From Sporopachydermia quercuum (Eukaryota): a stretch of 64,000 bases of DNA. The DNA is taken from assembly GCA_001599295.1 (NCBI GenBank), contig BCGN01000001.1, positions 2,294,001 to 2,358,000 on the forward strand, written 5' to 3'. A program made the translations under genes and the position numbers. This document shows, piece after piece, positions 51,123-64,000 of the stretch; positions within the stretch are counted from its first letter, which is position 1; every line of letters begins with the position of its first letter. The notes under the pieces are model-generated. The model saw only the letters and a program-made list of their open reading frames with translations. It did not search any database and was not told the origin of the DNA.

Positions 51123-54100
51123 AGTATCAATTATATCAACTGGGACAACGAAATGTCTTGTATATAATCAGAATCAAAGGTATTCGACGATATCAATACA
51201 AGCTACAAGGATTCACTATACTTAGTAAGCAAATTCCAAACAATTCATCNAGAGATATACTTCAATATATTTTTTTTCTTGTAGTCTTTCATCTTTGTTT
51301 TTCCCCTATCTCGAGTTATAAAGAGAAAGAACTGTTTGTAAAGGAGAATGAAACCTCATAGTTGAGGGAAAACATCCATTACAAGACGGACAACCAATTG
51401 AGGATGTCACGGGAATAAAGTTTCGAGGTATGATAAACTTAATTGGTGTATATAGGTTCCGTACTGTCCGATGAAAAGGGGGTAGTATAAAGACATTTGG
51501 TGATGAGTTCTATTGCAAGTAAGAGGGAGAATACCATGTGCAAGAACAAACGAGGTTGAGAATGTATACGAAATGCAAGTTTAGATGAAGATGCAGATGG
51601 ACTAGGGATGGGTGAGTAAATTTCTGACTTGAGTGAATAATGGAAAAGCTATGAAATATATTTGGAAGTGAGGATAATAGATGGTTAAACGTTCTCGTAG
51701 ACAGAAAACGGNTGAAATTAGATATTTGGGGTGAAGTTTGTGATTAATATGTTATTACAATAATCAATGGCATAACAATAGATGAAGAAGTGATAGTAGA
51801 CTAAATATCGCTGTATGCGTATGCAGTACAGTGCAATATTCATGTATACAGTTGAAATCAGGTGAATAAAGGGTATTTCCGNTGCCCGGTTACCGGATAT
51901 ATTGGGGCTTTATGAATGATTGAGTAAGATAATAAGACAGAAAATGAACATAATACGGCAAGCATAGCATGCAAAACAGGTGTTAGTTTAATGTACTGTT
52001 ATGTCAGAAAGGAATGGCAACTAGCGTAGCTATCTATGTATGTAGTATCGAGACTCCGTGATCACCTGGTGAATCTATCTCTGTAGAGTAGATCATAAGC
52101 TCANTAATAAAAACCTTTCAATTCATTATGAGTCTCGGAAAAACAATTTGAGATTCAATANAAAAGTAAAAACCGTTGCTGATAGCTATTATAGTTTTCA
52201 GAAGAGTTAAATCTCAACGCGAATAAAACTAGAAGTAACTCCTTGAACTTTGGCTGGTTCTATAGTTTACATACTTACACGTTACCATGGCCGACACCGG
52301 CTTAAGGATACAAGTAAGTGTATTGATGGACAGTGAAGGAAATTCAATTGATTATTGAAGATAATGAAGAAGATAAATAAATGAATAATTGAAAAATAAC
52401 TTAAACTAGTTCTTCGGTCTTTATCAGCAACTGGAGCGAAACATATCTCCATCATTCTCAATTGATCTTTATTTTTTTCTGTTGATTGTCATGTTCCACA
52501 ACTGTATGTACATTTGTTCCTTCCATGCTCATCCTAAGCTACTAATGCAGGTTTTATCACTCAATTTTTATACAGTTGGTATAGTTTTTGAAATGCCTTT
52601 TCTTCTTTATTCTCCTATCGCCCCTCTTCACTCTTACTTACCTGTGCTTGAGCTATTATTATATGTCTCATTCATGATCCGAACAATCCACTGAAATCCC
52701 GGAGATCGGAAATTATGAATTACTACAGGACCTCAATTTCAAGATCGAAGTCATAATGCGATTACGGTAAATTTTTAGTCCCATATCGGGAGAGCCAATA
52801 CAATACCTTTAAAGTTTTCTCGAAGCGAAACTTCAAAGTTGGAGAATTCAAATTAAGGAGACTGAAGTGAGATTTATTGTTTTTCATAGTCATTTANAAT
52901 CTGCGCTTTTGGCTATCTGAATATTGAAAATGAAAGATGGAGAGTGCATAAATAGATCAGTCAGCTGTAAACTGTGGTTAAGTTGTCTTGTGAGGGTAAA
53001 GTTGTCATTTGATTTTGATATTCAAAGGCCTATCATATCGAGTTAACAAGTCATTAATTATTAATTTACTCTTATTCCCAAGCAATTCATAATGAAGCAG
53101 CCAAAATGATAGTTCAAGAGGGATTCTAGTAACTCTGGCCAACTACGAGGATAACTCATATTGAAACAATATTTACAACAGAAGTTAATATGTTGATATA
53201 CCAGAACGCAATTCACTTAGAGGGTCACCAACTGCAACATGTTTACTTCAAACAATTAGTTCCTTGTTCTGGTAAATTCAGGTATCATAAATTCCCGAAA
53301 GACTGTATTAGCAAGGTCTACGTCCCCTAACAACATTCAATGCTTTTGAGAGAGGGAGGCTATCTGAAACATAGCAGAAGTGATTAGAAGGAAATATTCA
53401 ACTGCTTGGTTTTGATCTGATTATAAATTCAAATGATGGATCTATAGTATTGGCTTCGAGAAGCTTCGCAATAAATAGTTTAGTTTTCTTTTTTTACTTC
53501 TTTCTTTTCTATCCAGCTCTTGCCANNAGTAATAGATGAGTTTGGGCATTAGTTCATAATAACAAGCTAGGCAGATTCTAAGCTCTAGGAGTTAATTTTA
53601 AGCGAGTTGTTTCAACTAGTTGAATTATCGCCCCTAAACTATTTCAAGCGCCATTTAAGCTCTCTCAAACCTTTCATCAGTGAAGCCTTTCAGTGTTTGA
53701 TGTTTATGCTGTGCATGGGAGTGGAGGTGTTTTGCAATAGTGTTTTCGTAAGTGNCGACAAAACTGTTTGCAGGATAGCTTTTCAACTCCAAGTNACGTA
53801 TGGCTCAATTGCGATAAAGCTTAGAATAATTGCTTACTATATGATACACTATTTTAAAGAAGATTTATAGCGCAAGAAAAAGTTTAGTTGATCCTTAATC
53901 TTAAAAGCTTTTGGTTCAAAAACTCTCGAACATTTGTTACCTTAAATACTTCCACCTTTTTGCTTTCAATGGCGAATGGCTTCTGTTTATGTGATGATTT
54001 TTTTGATCTCAATTTCAATAGACTTTCACAAATTAAATTGATCATCTAACCCTTGGCAAAAGCTCGTCTAGTTTTTTTTGGCAAGAATTTGTATTCTTTC

Positions 54101-56380
54101 TTGGAAAACATAGTAGCCCATTTACCTTTCTGAAATTCCCTTTCAAGTATTGGACAGAATATCGATCTTTCTCAGTCAAAGCCAAAATGTAGTCTCTTTA
54201 ACAAACTTGTTCATCTAATTTTGAATCGTAGTTGTTTACAGAATACAAACCACTATGCATTCTTTGCTCTATTGACGATACTTGAAAATAAGATCTGTCA
54301 ATTGAGTTCGCACTCTGTTTTCTCATGTCGTTCGAAGTCTTTGGGGAAATTCAAACTCAAAAATGAGACGTTAAGAAATATATCAATCCATTCGTACGTA
54401 TGTATATACACAGCAAAGCAACTCACATCTGTAGAATTATCCATTGTTGGGAAAACTAATATCGAACGTTTCTGTTTTCACTTATGCATTCTGCTGAATT
54501 GAGAGTTTAATAATCTGACATTGAGCAGCTTTTCCTAATAATAAATAATTCTACAAGTTATCATGAACTTACAGTTTCTCAAAAGGTTTTTTGTAGAGAG
54601 CATCGGCTGAATGTCGATCATTGACATTACTATAATAGTTGTCCACCAATTATAATCCCTCCAGTTAGACTTCAAAATATTTAAAGTTTGCGAGATAATA
54701 TGTAATTAACCAAAACTAAAACCTTATTTGCCTTCTATGTATAGAACCGTTGAAAACTGTAATGTACAGAAGAGAGAGCGAGATTAGCAGAGTGTCCGTC
54801 AAATGAATTGTTAGCAGGTTTTTGAAGTAAATGAACAAAGGATTGAATGAGAACCCGAATGTTCTCAAGAATCAAAAACAAGAAACTCAAAAGTATTTGT
54901 GAGTGTTTTCAGCTAAGATTAAAGTGCTGATCTGAAAGTATGAGTTTTTCCAATTATCCAGTTAATAATCGCTGATGAATGGCAATTCAATCCGAGGATT
55001 ATAGATTTGACTGAGTTGAGACTGAATCTCAAATGACGAAGATACTATTTGACAGTTTAAATAAAAGGATAGTTTAGATTAACAGCCCATTTAGCCTCAG
55101 GTCGTAGAGTCTATTGCTGCTAAATTATTATATGAATTGCCATGTAAGGATCGAACCAATATTACATGTATCTATCTATATGGTCTCAGATCTATAGAAT
55201 CAATTGATATAATAATATAATTCATAGATACAGTTATATTTAACTAACTAATAATAGAAATAATAATTTATTATATAGTATCATAAAATGATTTTAATAA
55301 TAATAATCTCGTCAGTTCCCAATAGGAATCGAACCAGAATAGTTCATGGTCAGTGGAATTTGATAGTTAAAATGTATATTTACAGTATTAATTGCCTATG
55401 TAAGTTCGAATCAAAAATCAATCCCCATCCATGTAAATCTTCACAACAAGTTAATCAACTGGCTGTGAAGAAAATAACTACTAGAATAGCTGATAATTGT
55501 TTATCATTTACCTGAGACTATCGAAACCTCAAAATGAAAACCCAATTCCAACCTGCCAGCAAAATAAATAACCGCAAATGAAAAAGGAATTGTCAAGTCA
55601 TTCCTCAGTTATTACTATCAGCAAAATATGACACCAAAACAACTACTCAGTAACTGGTCTAACTCCATTCTTTCTGAATTGGGCAGATAAATAATAATTT
55701 CGTGATATCAAAATTACCAAAGTATCATATCAGTTTTATGAAACATTCATAGCCTGTGGCTTGTTATGAGGATACTATTGGTTCACTAATAAAATTAAAT
55801 AACTCTTTCACTATATTTTTGGGCATGAACTCAGTATTGACGTCTGTTTGTAGAAACCAATTCGAAGCCATTAGCTTTCTTCGATTTAAGTGACTCGAGG
55901 CTATTAGTGCCAACTTTGATGGGATTGAAAGAACTTCTAAGTATGGTAAGGATGAATTCAAGGAAATTTAATGGAGCAAAGAAAGGACGGAAAGAACGAC
56001 AATGAAGTTACTATCCCTCTCTGAGTGATGGCCATTAAGCGTTCGCAATACTCGTTATGGACATCACATCTCTTCTGTAAGGTTCCTAATCTTGTTAGAG
56101 TACTATAATTGAGAATCGCAAAAAGAATTCTACGGTGCTTTTCTTATTATCTTACGGAAAAATACGTTGACTAAACTAATAAGCACTAAACAATCATTTA
56201 TAGATTCTTATCAGATCTCTTAGCAACTTCTTCTATTCGTGATTATGGTCTGTACTCCTACATCGGCATCTATAATACTCTTTGCAAACCTGATCAGTGA
56301 TAATGAACTCACCGATAGAAGTTTCAAGATTATATAATCAGGAAGTTAGCTTATGTCATCTCACACCTTCACACCCGTTG

Positions 56381-56388
56381 GTCACGTG
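56381..56388 (+). promoter_or_regulatory. Cbf1-type E-box upstream of FMC1
   Basis: Exact GTCACGTG about 180 nt before the ATG. Confidence 0.5.
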
Positions 56389-56562
56389 TGTGTAACAAGC
56401 TCAAAATAGAAAGCCGAGCTAATGAAATAAAAATATTATGTTAAGTTGAATATAGTCAAAAGAAAGAACTCATTAAATAGGAGAAGCTATTGATAGATAC
56501 TAAGATATAGAAAGCCATAGTTTATAGTTTCTGGTACTCAAAATAAATAATCAAGTAGCAAG

Positions 56563-56967
56563 ATGAGTCTGGCTCATAAGCAGTATCGAGCACTAGTTCG
56601 AGAGCTGTATCGAGACTTTGCTCGCGCTTCTAAAGAACATGGCAGCCAAGATAACAAGCGTCTACAAGCACTGACGAAATATAAAGCAATGCAAGCGCAG
56701 GTAGGCAATGGGAAAAGTGGAATTGATTTTGCAAGCTTAATGAAGCAAGATAAGGAGAAAAAACGGTACGACACCAGTATATTGAAAGCTTTATTCCAAG
56801 AAGGAAAAGTTGACAGCAAACATGGGGATGAGATTATTCAGTTTCTAAAACATCAAAGAAGATATCAAGTTTTATTAGAACGATATAATCCAGGAGCTAG
56901 ATATGATCAAAAGGAAAATATCAGATTAACAGCAAAAAGAGTTGGTCTAGAGGTTCCTGAAGATTAA
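56563..56967 (+). CDS. FMC1: Mitochondrial ATP synthase assembly factor (LYR family)
   Basis: N-terminal YRALVREL and C-terminal FLKHQRRYQVLLERYNPG..IRLTAKRVGLEVP. Confidence 0.9.
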   Translation: MSLAHKQYRALVRELYRDFARASKEHGSQDNKRLQALTKYKAMQAQVGNGKSGIDFASLMKQDKEKKRYDTSILKALFQEGKVDSKHGDEIIQFLKHQRRYQVLLERYNPGARYDQKENIRLTAKRVGLEVPED

Positions 56968-57312
56968 GGTATAAAAGACTATGAGCATATCATTAACATC
57001 TTTCATTCTTGTATATACAATTAGTACAGTTCAACAACCAACGAAGTGAACCGAAAACGATTGGCAGCCACTATAAATAGCGATCAAGATGCTTCTTGAG
57101 TCCTTAGAAACCGGGTAAACTGGAAAATTACGTGTTATAGATAAAGCTCTGGCAAATTTCATTGTTACTTCAATCTCTAAACTATGGTATATGATATAGT
57201 ATATATAATTAAGTTCTATGAATTAATATAAAAGAAAAAATACTGTAATATGAAATTGGCCAGTAAGGTATCGTAAGGGTCATAAAATCATCTCATTAAC
57301 TCATTAAAAGAG

Positions 57313-59052
57313 TTAGTAACGTCTGGAATTCAATCTTGCTAAAACTAATTCTCTTTGTCTAACAGCTCCCCAGAATGAACCGTAACTCCAGGTTAGATCT
57401 CGAGCACCTCTCATAAAGCCATCATTACGATCAAACTGTTCACTCATTCTTCCTTCGCCGTCTTTATGTTCACGGATCACATCTAAGAATGAGTCCGCAA
57501 AATCGATGATTGCCTTGATTGTGGTTTGAAACAATGGCGAATTGGCAGGTATTGAAATATAAGAGCCAGAAGGAGAAGTGCTACCAGACTGCTCAAGTAA
57601 GTCCAAATCTAACACTAAGTTGAAAAACGGTTGAATGAGACTGTCAATTTCCAACATATAGTCATCTGGTCTAGTAAGATAGTAATCTGCCAAGAGATAT
57701 AAATTATGTGCGACAGTAGATGTACATAAAAACCAAGGATTTCCCAAAGAAGTACCATAACCATTATAAACATCTTCAGGGTATCGTCCAAGGCCCCATC
57801 CTACGGCACTAGGTCTAACTGGAGAAGGAGTAGGCGGTTGGATAGGAAGTCGTTTTTGAAACTCTTCAATTCTTTTAACATTAATTGGGTACCGGAATTT
57901 CATAGCTGTAAGATAGTGATACAACGACGAAATAATTTCAGGTGAATATGGTCTATAACTGATCATTTTATCTTTATCANCTTCTTTATTCCAAGTAAAC
58001 AAGTCTGTGGTGTGAATAGTTGCAAGGAAAATTGCACTGTCTAAACCACTTCTTGAACTGTATTCCGGTGTTTCAACAATATGCTGCTTCTCACTACTCC
58101 AATATTTATTATCAATAAAGTCTTTCAACTCATTGACTTGCACGCGATACCAATCGGCAGCATAAACGTCATCCATCTCATTAGCCAAGTCAACCCCGTA
58201 CAATAAAGCTTTTAGTTGAACCATGGAAGTGAAAAAATGTAATCCATCAAGCTCCTCCCACAAATCAAATCCATTGTATCTCCAATACCTAGCAGTGTAT
58301 TCTAAATCTGGTTTTATTACTGAATAATATAAATCAGAATAATCTAGATATTTGGTCTTTCTATGTTTGACAAGAGAGTTGACGTAAGAAATGGCTGTAA
58401 TTGCTCTAAGTGGAGGACCATCCCTTTGAGGTCTACCCCAATTACCAGTGAAAGCTGTACCATTAACATGAAACTTCGGTTCTCCAAGTCCTGATAAATA
58501 ATCACTAAATGAACCAGATGGATTATCTTCCCGTTGAATAGTTTTGGATGCATTTAAGTAGCTCTCGATTATAGATTCTAATGTTTTGTTCTGAGCTTTT
58601 CCGTCATCAAATCTGAGAACTATCGATTCCATAGTGATAGCAGCGTCCCTAACCCATTGGTAGTAGTAATCAGGGTATTTTCTGGAAGGAGAAGCAATAA
58701 CAGTACCAGGAATTCCATCAGGGGCATTGGGACCATAACCTGCAATATTTTCAATGATCCGTTCAAATGACAAATTGGCTTGTGAATTGATCCACCTCTC
58801 ATATTCAGGCAAAGGGATCAATGATGCAAATGTTCCGACTTCATCTTCATCTGTTGTTTTGGTTTTTGAAAGAACCTGCTGCACCGTTGAGGAATCTGAT
58901 AAAGAAGGTAAAAAGCTATCTAACGACCTACCCACTGCGTTCTTAAAATTAGTTATCACAGATATGGGGACAGGTGAAGCTAAAGAACCTATCGAAGACG
59001 GCTCTAATGATAAAAACAGGACTGTCGTAAATAACAGTTGAGATAGTCGCAT
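57313..59052 (-). CDS. Glucoamylase GH15 (Sga1/Glu1-like) with no starch-binding domain
   Basis: ATG at 59052 followed by a signal-peptide-like stretch. Motifs ASPS..PDYYYQWVRDAA, LGEPKF, WGRPQRDGP, DLWEE, EQFDR and LTWSY. Confidence 0.95.
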   Translation of the reverse strand: MRLSQLLFTTVLFLSLEPSSIGSLASPVPISVITNFKNAVGRSLDSFLPSLSDSSTVQQVLSKTKTTDEDEVGTFASLIPLPEYERWINSQANLSFERIIENIAGYGPNAPDGIPGTVIASPSRKYPDYYYQWVRDAAITMESIVLRFDDGKAQNKTLESIIESYLNASKTIQREDNPSGSFSDYLSGLGEPKFHVNGTAFTGNWGRPQRDGPPLRAITAISYVNSLVKHRKTKYLDYSDLYYSVIKPDLEYTARYWRYNGFDLWEELDGLHFFTSMVQLKALLYGVDLANEMDDVYAADWYRVQVNELKDFIDNKYWSSEKQHIVETPEYSSRSGLDSAIFLATIHTTDLFTWNKEXDKDKMISYRPYSPEIISSLYHYLTAMKFRYPINVKRIEEFQKRLPIQPPTPSPVRPSAVGWGLGRYPEDVYNGYGTSLGNPWFLCTSTVAHNLYLLADYYLTRPDDYMLEIDSLIQPFFNLVLDLDLLEQSGSTSPSGSYISIPANSPLFQTTIKAIIDFADSFLDVIREHKDGEGRMSEQFDRNDGFMRGARDLTWSYGSFWGAVRQRELVLARLNSRRY

Positions 59053-62000
59053 TTTATGTAATAAATTATTCCAATTCAAACCAGTTTTGATGTTATCAAT
59101 GTAACGTGTTCTCAAAAGGTGAGTTATCGATATGGTCTATGTAGTCGGGAATGTCTAATGCAGTGATGAGTCTATTGCAAAAATGATTCTCAATAGAATT
59201 TTGCTTTGAACTTTTGATTAGTTTATATTCTGAAATGAACGAGCAAATAAGACTTCTAGACTTAAAGAAGCTATTGCGATAATGATCTATATTTATATTC
59301 TTGTATGTCTTTTCTATCTGATCAAGATGATCTTTGATTTATGGTGATCAAATGTGAGATCACAGATATTTTTCTAGTTTGTGAGTCAGACTCAAGCAGT
59401 ATTTTCAGGTTGCTAACAAGCTAGCATTATATATATAAGTCTTTTACCTATATTTCATGAACTTCTGTTCTTTGGAGATAACAGTAAGTCATCAATGTTG
59501 ATTTAACAGGAAGGATCAACCTTTATACTGAGGTCAAGTTTGTCACTGGAGAAGAATTTTCTCCCCTGTTTTCCACCGATGATTCTGTTTTTGTTTCCTA
59601 TGTATTGACACAAACTTTAACTTATGTAAAGTTCCATCTGCATGAAATTTGAGCATATCTCCAAAACCTTAAAATATCTAGTAAAAATTTTCATGTGTCA
59701 ACAGATTTTATGGAAAGTAGCCAGTTTCTGATAACAACGATAGATAATTGAAAGCTTAGAAAGGATCATTAGAATGATTTTACTTTTAATCATATTCATT
59801 TTAAGTGCTAAGCAGGTAATTGACGGTCAATTATTTATTATATAAAGTACGTATCTTTAATTTCTATATCCCATCGAATAGAGAAGAAGCAGTTAAACTT
59901 ATTGCTAGAAGTTTACTGGGCGAGTCCTTCCTTATCTGAAGAGCAGTAATCTGTTTATGTAATTCTTAATGTCAACACTAGTTCGGATAGCGTAATTTTA
60001 GGCGGAGTTCGTTGAGTGTTGAGTCATAAGAAATTCGAAATTATCTTCATTCACTGGTGAGTACTACTAAGAATTTTAAGCCGTTCTTTCAAACAACCAG
60101 CATTTGATAAATGTCAGCTTTTTAGAACGTTAATGTTTAATATTTTGCCAATATATAAAGAGAAAAACACAATGTTATCTGCCTTGGTGAGTTATGATAC
60201 TCGGATTAATCCTTTTTACTTTCTTTTTCCTGATTTATCCGTTGGTAGTGAAGTCATTATTTAAAATGTGGCTTGTAGGCTCGTCTAGCTCCTGTTTCAA
60301 GAAATCTGGGGTTTTAGTAAGAAACATAAGGTTTCGTGGATTTAAGTTTAGCCCTCAAGTCACGAGTGAAGAGAAAAAAGAGTAAGTTTTTCTCATTTTA
60401 AAGTTCGCTGAGTTCCTACCAAATAAAGTTTAGAGCATCATTTTTCAGATTAAGGTGGTAGATAAGGTTTGATGGTGGTCCAGATGTTTGAGAACTCCAC
60501 CAAAAAAGGAAAACAGAAAAGTGAGAAAAGGAATAGCCCAATAATCCTTGAATCTTTCAATGACTTAAAAACATTGTCAAAAAGGGTGTCGCTGATCATC
60601 TTCAGAAAAAAAAAGAGATCATCTTGGATACACATCAGAGAATTTTTAGTAACACAATGATTTGATTACCTCGTAGCCTATCTATCCTGATGATAGTTGA
60701 TGTTGGTTGGCTAAGTAGGAGAGTTCCAATCATCGGGACTCCACAAAGAATGCAATATCAGCAAGCCAGTATTCAGAATGGAATGCCATATTTGATCTGT
60801 CACCGATTTAGATTTGTTTACTTTTAATTTTCACACTCCATGTCTAGCGAGGACCCCGAACAGGGTTTAACAAGATTGCATCAATTGTGCTAGGGAGAAA
60901 TCAAAACAATACCCAAGTCAATTGAATCATGGAGATGAAATGTCATTGAGGTTCATTCGATGAATTAAATATTCCAAATGGACCCGCACTCTTTTGTAGG
61001 ATGAGTGACTCCAAGAATGCGGGGTAAAGCAATATAGAAGAATCCCATTGTCCATATTGTAAGTTTGTTCTCTCAAATGAGTAAGGTTCAATGATGCTAG
61101 CTGTTTGCTTACTTTTCCAGTGGTGGCTCTGGACTAGCCTAAATAAGCTTGATTAAGTAGGTTCAATATTATGTATTTGAGAAACAAATATTTTACTCCC
61201 TTTAGGTGAAAACAAAATATACACTCCATTGATTAGGTTTCTAAGAGTCCCTGATAATGCGAAGCTTTTCCATACGCGATTTCAGAAACAAAGGAGTTAT
61301 TACAAATACCATTGATGATCAACTGGGGTATTCTCTTTATGGCATGTCTAGATTATGGTTATCAAAACTACTTGATGGCTTCAACTCTTTAGGTTTTGTT
61401 GCATCTTGAGTCTCAAATCAAATTTTGGCCAGAACCACATTTTTCTGTCTCTGATACTTTGAATGTCCGAAAAGCGTGAAAGTTGAATATATTAAAGGGA
61501 CTGCAAACACCTAATCATTGGTGGGGCAACTGTTTCTTATCAGAAGAACGATTATTACGGTTATTCGCGATTCAGAATACAAGTGAGATAGAGTACTGAA
61601 TCGCGTTTTGCTTATAGTCTTCCTCTAGTATTTATCTTATAACGCTTTGACTCTTGCATGCATTAAAATATGAGGAAGTACCGTTTTTCCTTCTTTCCTT
61701 TCATCGAATAACCACGTGACATATACGAAATCATAACTTCGTAATAAAACCACGAACCGCGAGATTTAATTACACTTTCATCTAATGATTTTGGGGCATC
61801 AATTACGATGAAATGCCGATGGAGAAGGCAAGTTGATTAAAAGGCACTTTCTGTTGAACTTAAATTGAAATACAGGGGAACGAATGGAATATTCAAATGC
61901 CGAGCACTCACCAATTTGATGGAAAGAATCCTTCAACCACCAACAGCACTTACATACATCTGAAAGAAATACTTAGAAATGAACAATCTACTGTCAAAAC

Positions 62001-62306
62001 TTACTCTGTTTATTCAGTATGTCAACAATAATTCTCGTAATTCCAAGTGCTCATGATTTTACTATTATAATTTGTTGAGCACATATCATGTGATGAGCTA
62101 ATTAAATAAACAAGCTCGAAGGAATTTGAAGGAAGTATAGTCTACCGTTTTGGCAACTTCTTAATCTTCCAATAAGGGCTTTATTCCGAAATTTCATCTA
62201 GTATTGACTCATATTTCAGAAATCACATTTTCTAGATCAATCTGATCTACCAACGCTCGAATTTTTCTATTTCATTCCTCGATCTTACTGTATTCTTCCG
62301 CTTTCT

Positions 62307-63161
62307 GTAAGTTTTTTTCAAATTAAAAATTTAAGGTCTTCTATTAATTAAACTTTGATATCGGCATTCAGCCCAAAGGCCGAGTACCAACAAACTAGGT
62401 AGGATGTACCTAGGTTTACGATTATGTTGCATATTTACCATATAAATTGCACATATGAATGCATAGAAATTACTCAACACTCGACTTGTCGTAACAAGTG
62501 CAAAACCTTATTTGCTGAAGAAAAGAAAGAAAAAAGCAGCAAAAAGACTATCGGCAATTAGAATATTTTGTAGTGAAAGGCAACATATAAATAACTTTTC
62601 TTCTTCCTTCTCTGTAATAGTTTGTATTTATTTCTATGACTTCAGAGAAACAACGAATGTTCTATTGAATTGATCAAGAAACTACAGCAAGGGTGTGCTT
62701 TAATTAATAATACTTGATAAGAACATACGAAGATAGTTTCCTACACTGTTTTATTCGGAGAAATTGTTCTTCACAAGTGTTCGCCCAATAGCTAGCTATT
62801 TGCAGTGGTTATCATCTGGTTATTCATCAGTTGAAAAGTATTGACACAACGGATTATGTGGTTTTGGCTGTTTATCAGAAATATCTGTAACAGCTCTACC
62901 TTATTGCATCATTATTGAATTTCTGCGACACCAATATTGATACTTATCTGGCTTCCTTCAGTGTTCTTTAAAGTGGAAACTGGACACAAAAGATTGATGA
63001 AAACAACGCAAACCTCAATTCCTACTTTATACAGAACATTTAGTTATCCTGAAAATTATTACGCATATTTTCAAGATATTGAGTCAGTTTTATGTCAGTT
63101 TTAGTCGCCTTCCTTTGATCACCAGCAATCAAGGATTCGATTTTTTGCATGTACTAATTAG
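62307..63161 (+). other. Possible 5'UTR intron of NCE103
   Basis: GTAAGT at 62307 and branch plus acceptor TACTAATTAG ending at 63161. The pairing of the two sites is inferred. Confidence 0.5.
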
Positions 63162-63408
63162 ACCACGTTGAAACAACCCTCACTACTTTCGGCATTTGAA
63201 TTTACTGGTGGAAATCGAAAGTGGGATTCGTAAAAATTGGCGGACATCTCCAAATATATTCAAGTTGAAGTCAATTAATACTGGGTTGAATAGCTGTCGT
63301 AAGGTTGCCTTCACTAGAGTGTTTTCAAGTAAATCGATTACCCTGTCTGCTATTCCACTGCTACCTACGCCGAATCGTGTGAAAAGAAACCGTGAGAATC
63401 TGAATAAT

Positions 63409-64000
63409 ATGACTGTGAGCACACCTAACGGCAAAATGACACCGGAATATCCATTTCATCTGGATAAACATTGTAGCATTACAGATCTACTAGCTCGCAA
63501 TGCTGCTTGGGCAGAACAAATGAGAATTGAGTATCCAACGTTATTTCCTACGAATGGCCGGGGACAGTCTCCTCATACATTATGGCTAGGATGCTCGGAT
63601 TCGAGAGCCGGTGAGACGATTGTGGATGTCAATCCTGGTGAGATTTTTGTTCATAGGAATATTGCAAACTTAGCGCCGTTCGGAGATCTCTCTTCGCTGT
63701 CAGTTATACAATTTGCGGTTGAAGTTTTAGGCGTGTCAAAGATTGTCGTATGTGGCCATTTAGATTGTGGTGGTGTATGGGCATCATTAGCTACAAGAAG
63801 AGTTGGTGGTGTGTTAGATCACTGGTTAAGAAACGTTCGTGATGTGAAAGCAAGAAATAAGAAGATATTAGACGCTATAGAAGATCCAAAAGAGAAGGCT
63901 GATAAGCTTGTCGAATTAAACGTGATTGCACAAGTGCATAACATTCGTCGACATGAATCAGTAGTTGAAGCACTCTCAAGAGGGCAAGTAGAAGTACATG
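63409..64000 (+). CDS. NCE103: Beta-class carbonic anhydrase, runs off the window end
   Basis: GQSPHTLWLGCSDSR, PGEIFVHRNIAN and VCGHLDCGG contain the Zn ligands. First ATG at 63409, next at 63436. Confidence 0.95.
   Translation, partial: MTVSTPNGKMTPEYPFHLDKHCSITDLLARNAAWAEQMRIEYPTLFPTNGRGQSPHTLWLGCSDSRAGETIVDVNPGEIFVHRNIANLAPFGDLSSLSVIQFAVEVLGVSKIVVCGHLDCGGVWASLATRRVGGVLDHWLRNVRDVKARNKKILDAIEDPKEKADKLVELNVIAQVHNIRRHESVVEALSRGQVEVH

Noticed and set aside
55140..55345. Two GGTTCGA (B-box/T-loop-like) motifs on the minus strand
   Set aside because: No T-stem pairing and no cloverleaf, so not tRNA genes.
51200..56300. 5-kb gap considered as a transposon remnant or centromere
   Set aside because: No LTR, TIR, transposase or RT motif, or tandem array visible by eye.
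59053..59115. ORF-track N-terminal extension of the glucoamylase
   Set aside because: It starts at TTG. The ATG at 59052 directly precedes the hydrophobic signal-like segment.

Overview
AT-rich eukaryotic nuclear DNA from an intron-rich budding yeast (Saccharomycotina-like genes, GTATGT/GTAAGT donors, TACTAAC-like branch points, CTG at conserved Leu positions, so the standard code). I can support 19 protein genes: CSC1-like (5' truncated), HAM1 (6 exons, missed by the ORF track), FAP7, NOT2/CDC36, a PnpA-like flavin monooxygenase, COX24/mS38, PPN1, a velvet-domain regulator, a SUN-family protein, ASF1, an orphan Cys/His-rich protein, BOP3-like, SHQ1, DPH1, COG6, IDH1, FMC1, a GH15 glucoamylase and NCE103 (3' truncated, missed by the ORF track). 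I found no tRNA, rRNA, CRISPR array or intact mobile element. I see no convincing multi-gene novel system. The best leads are single loci: the velvet gene behind a 7-kb intergenic region, the orphan Cys/His protein, the PnpA-like enzyme, and an AUG-less presequence-like extension on NCE103. All family calls rest on recalled motifs, not database searches, and exon models were derived by hand.
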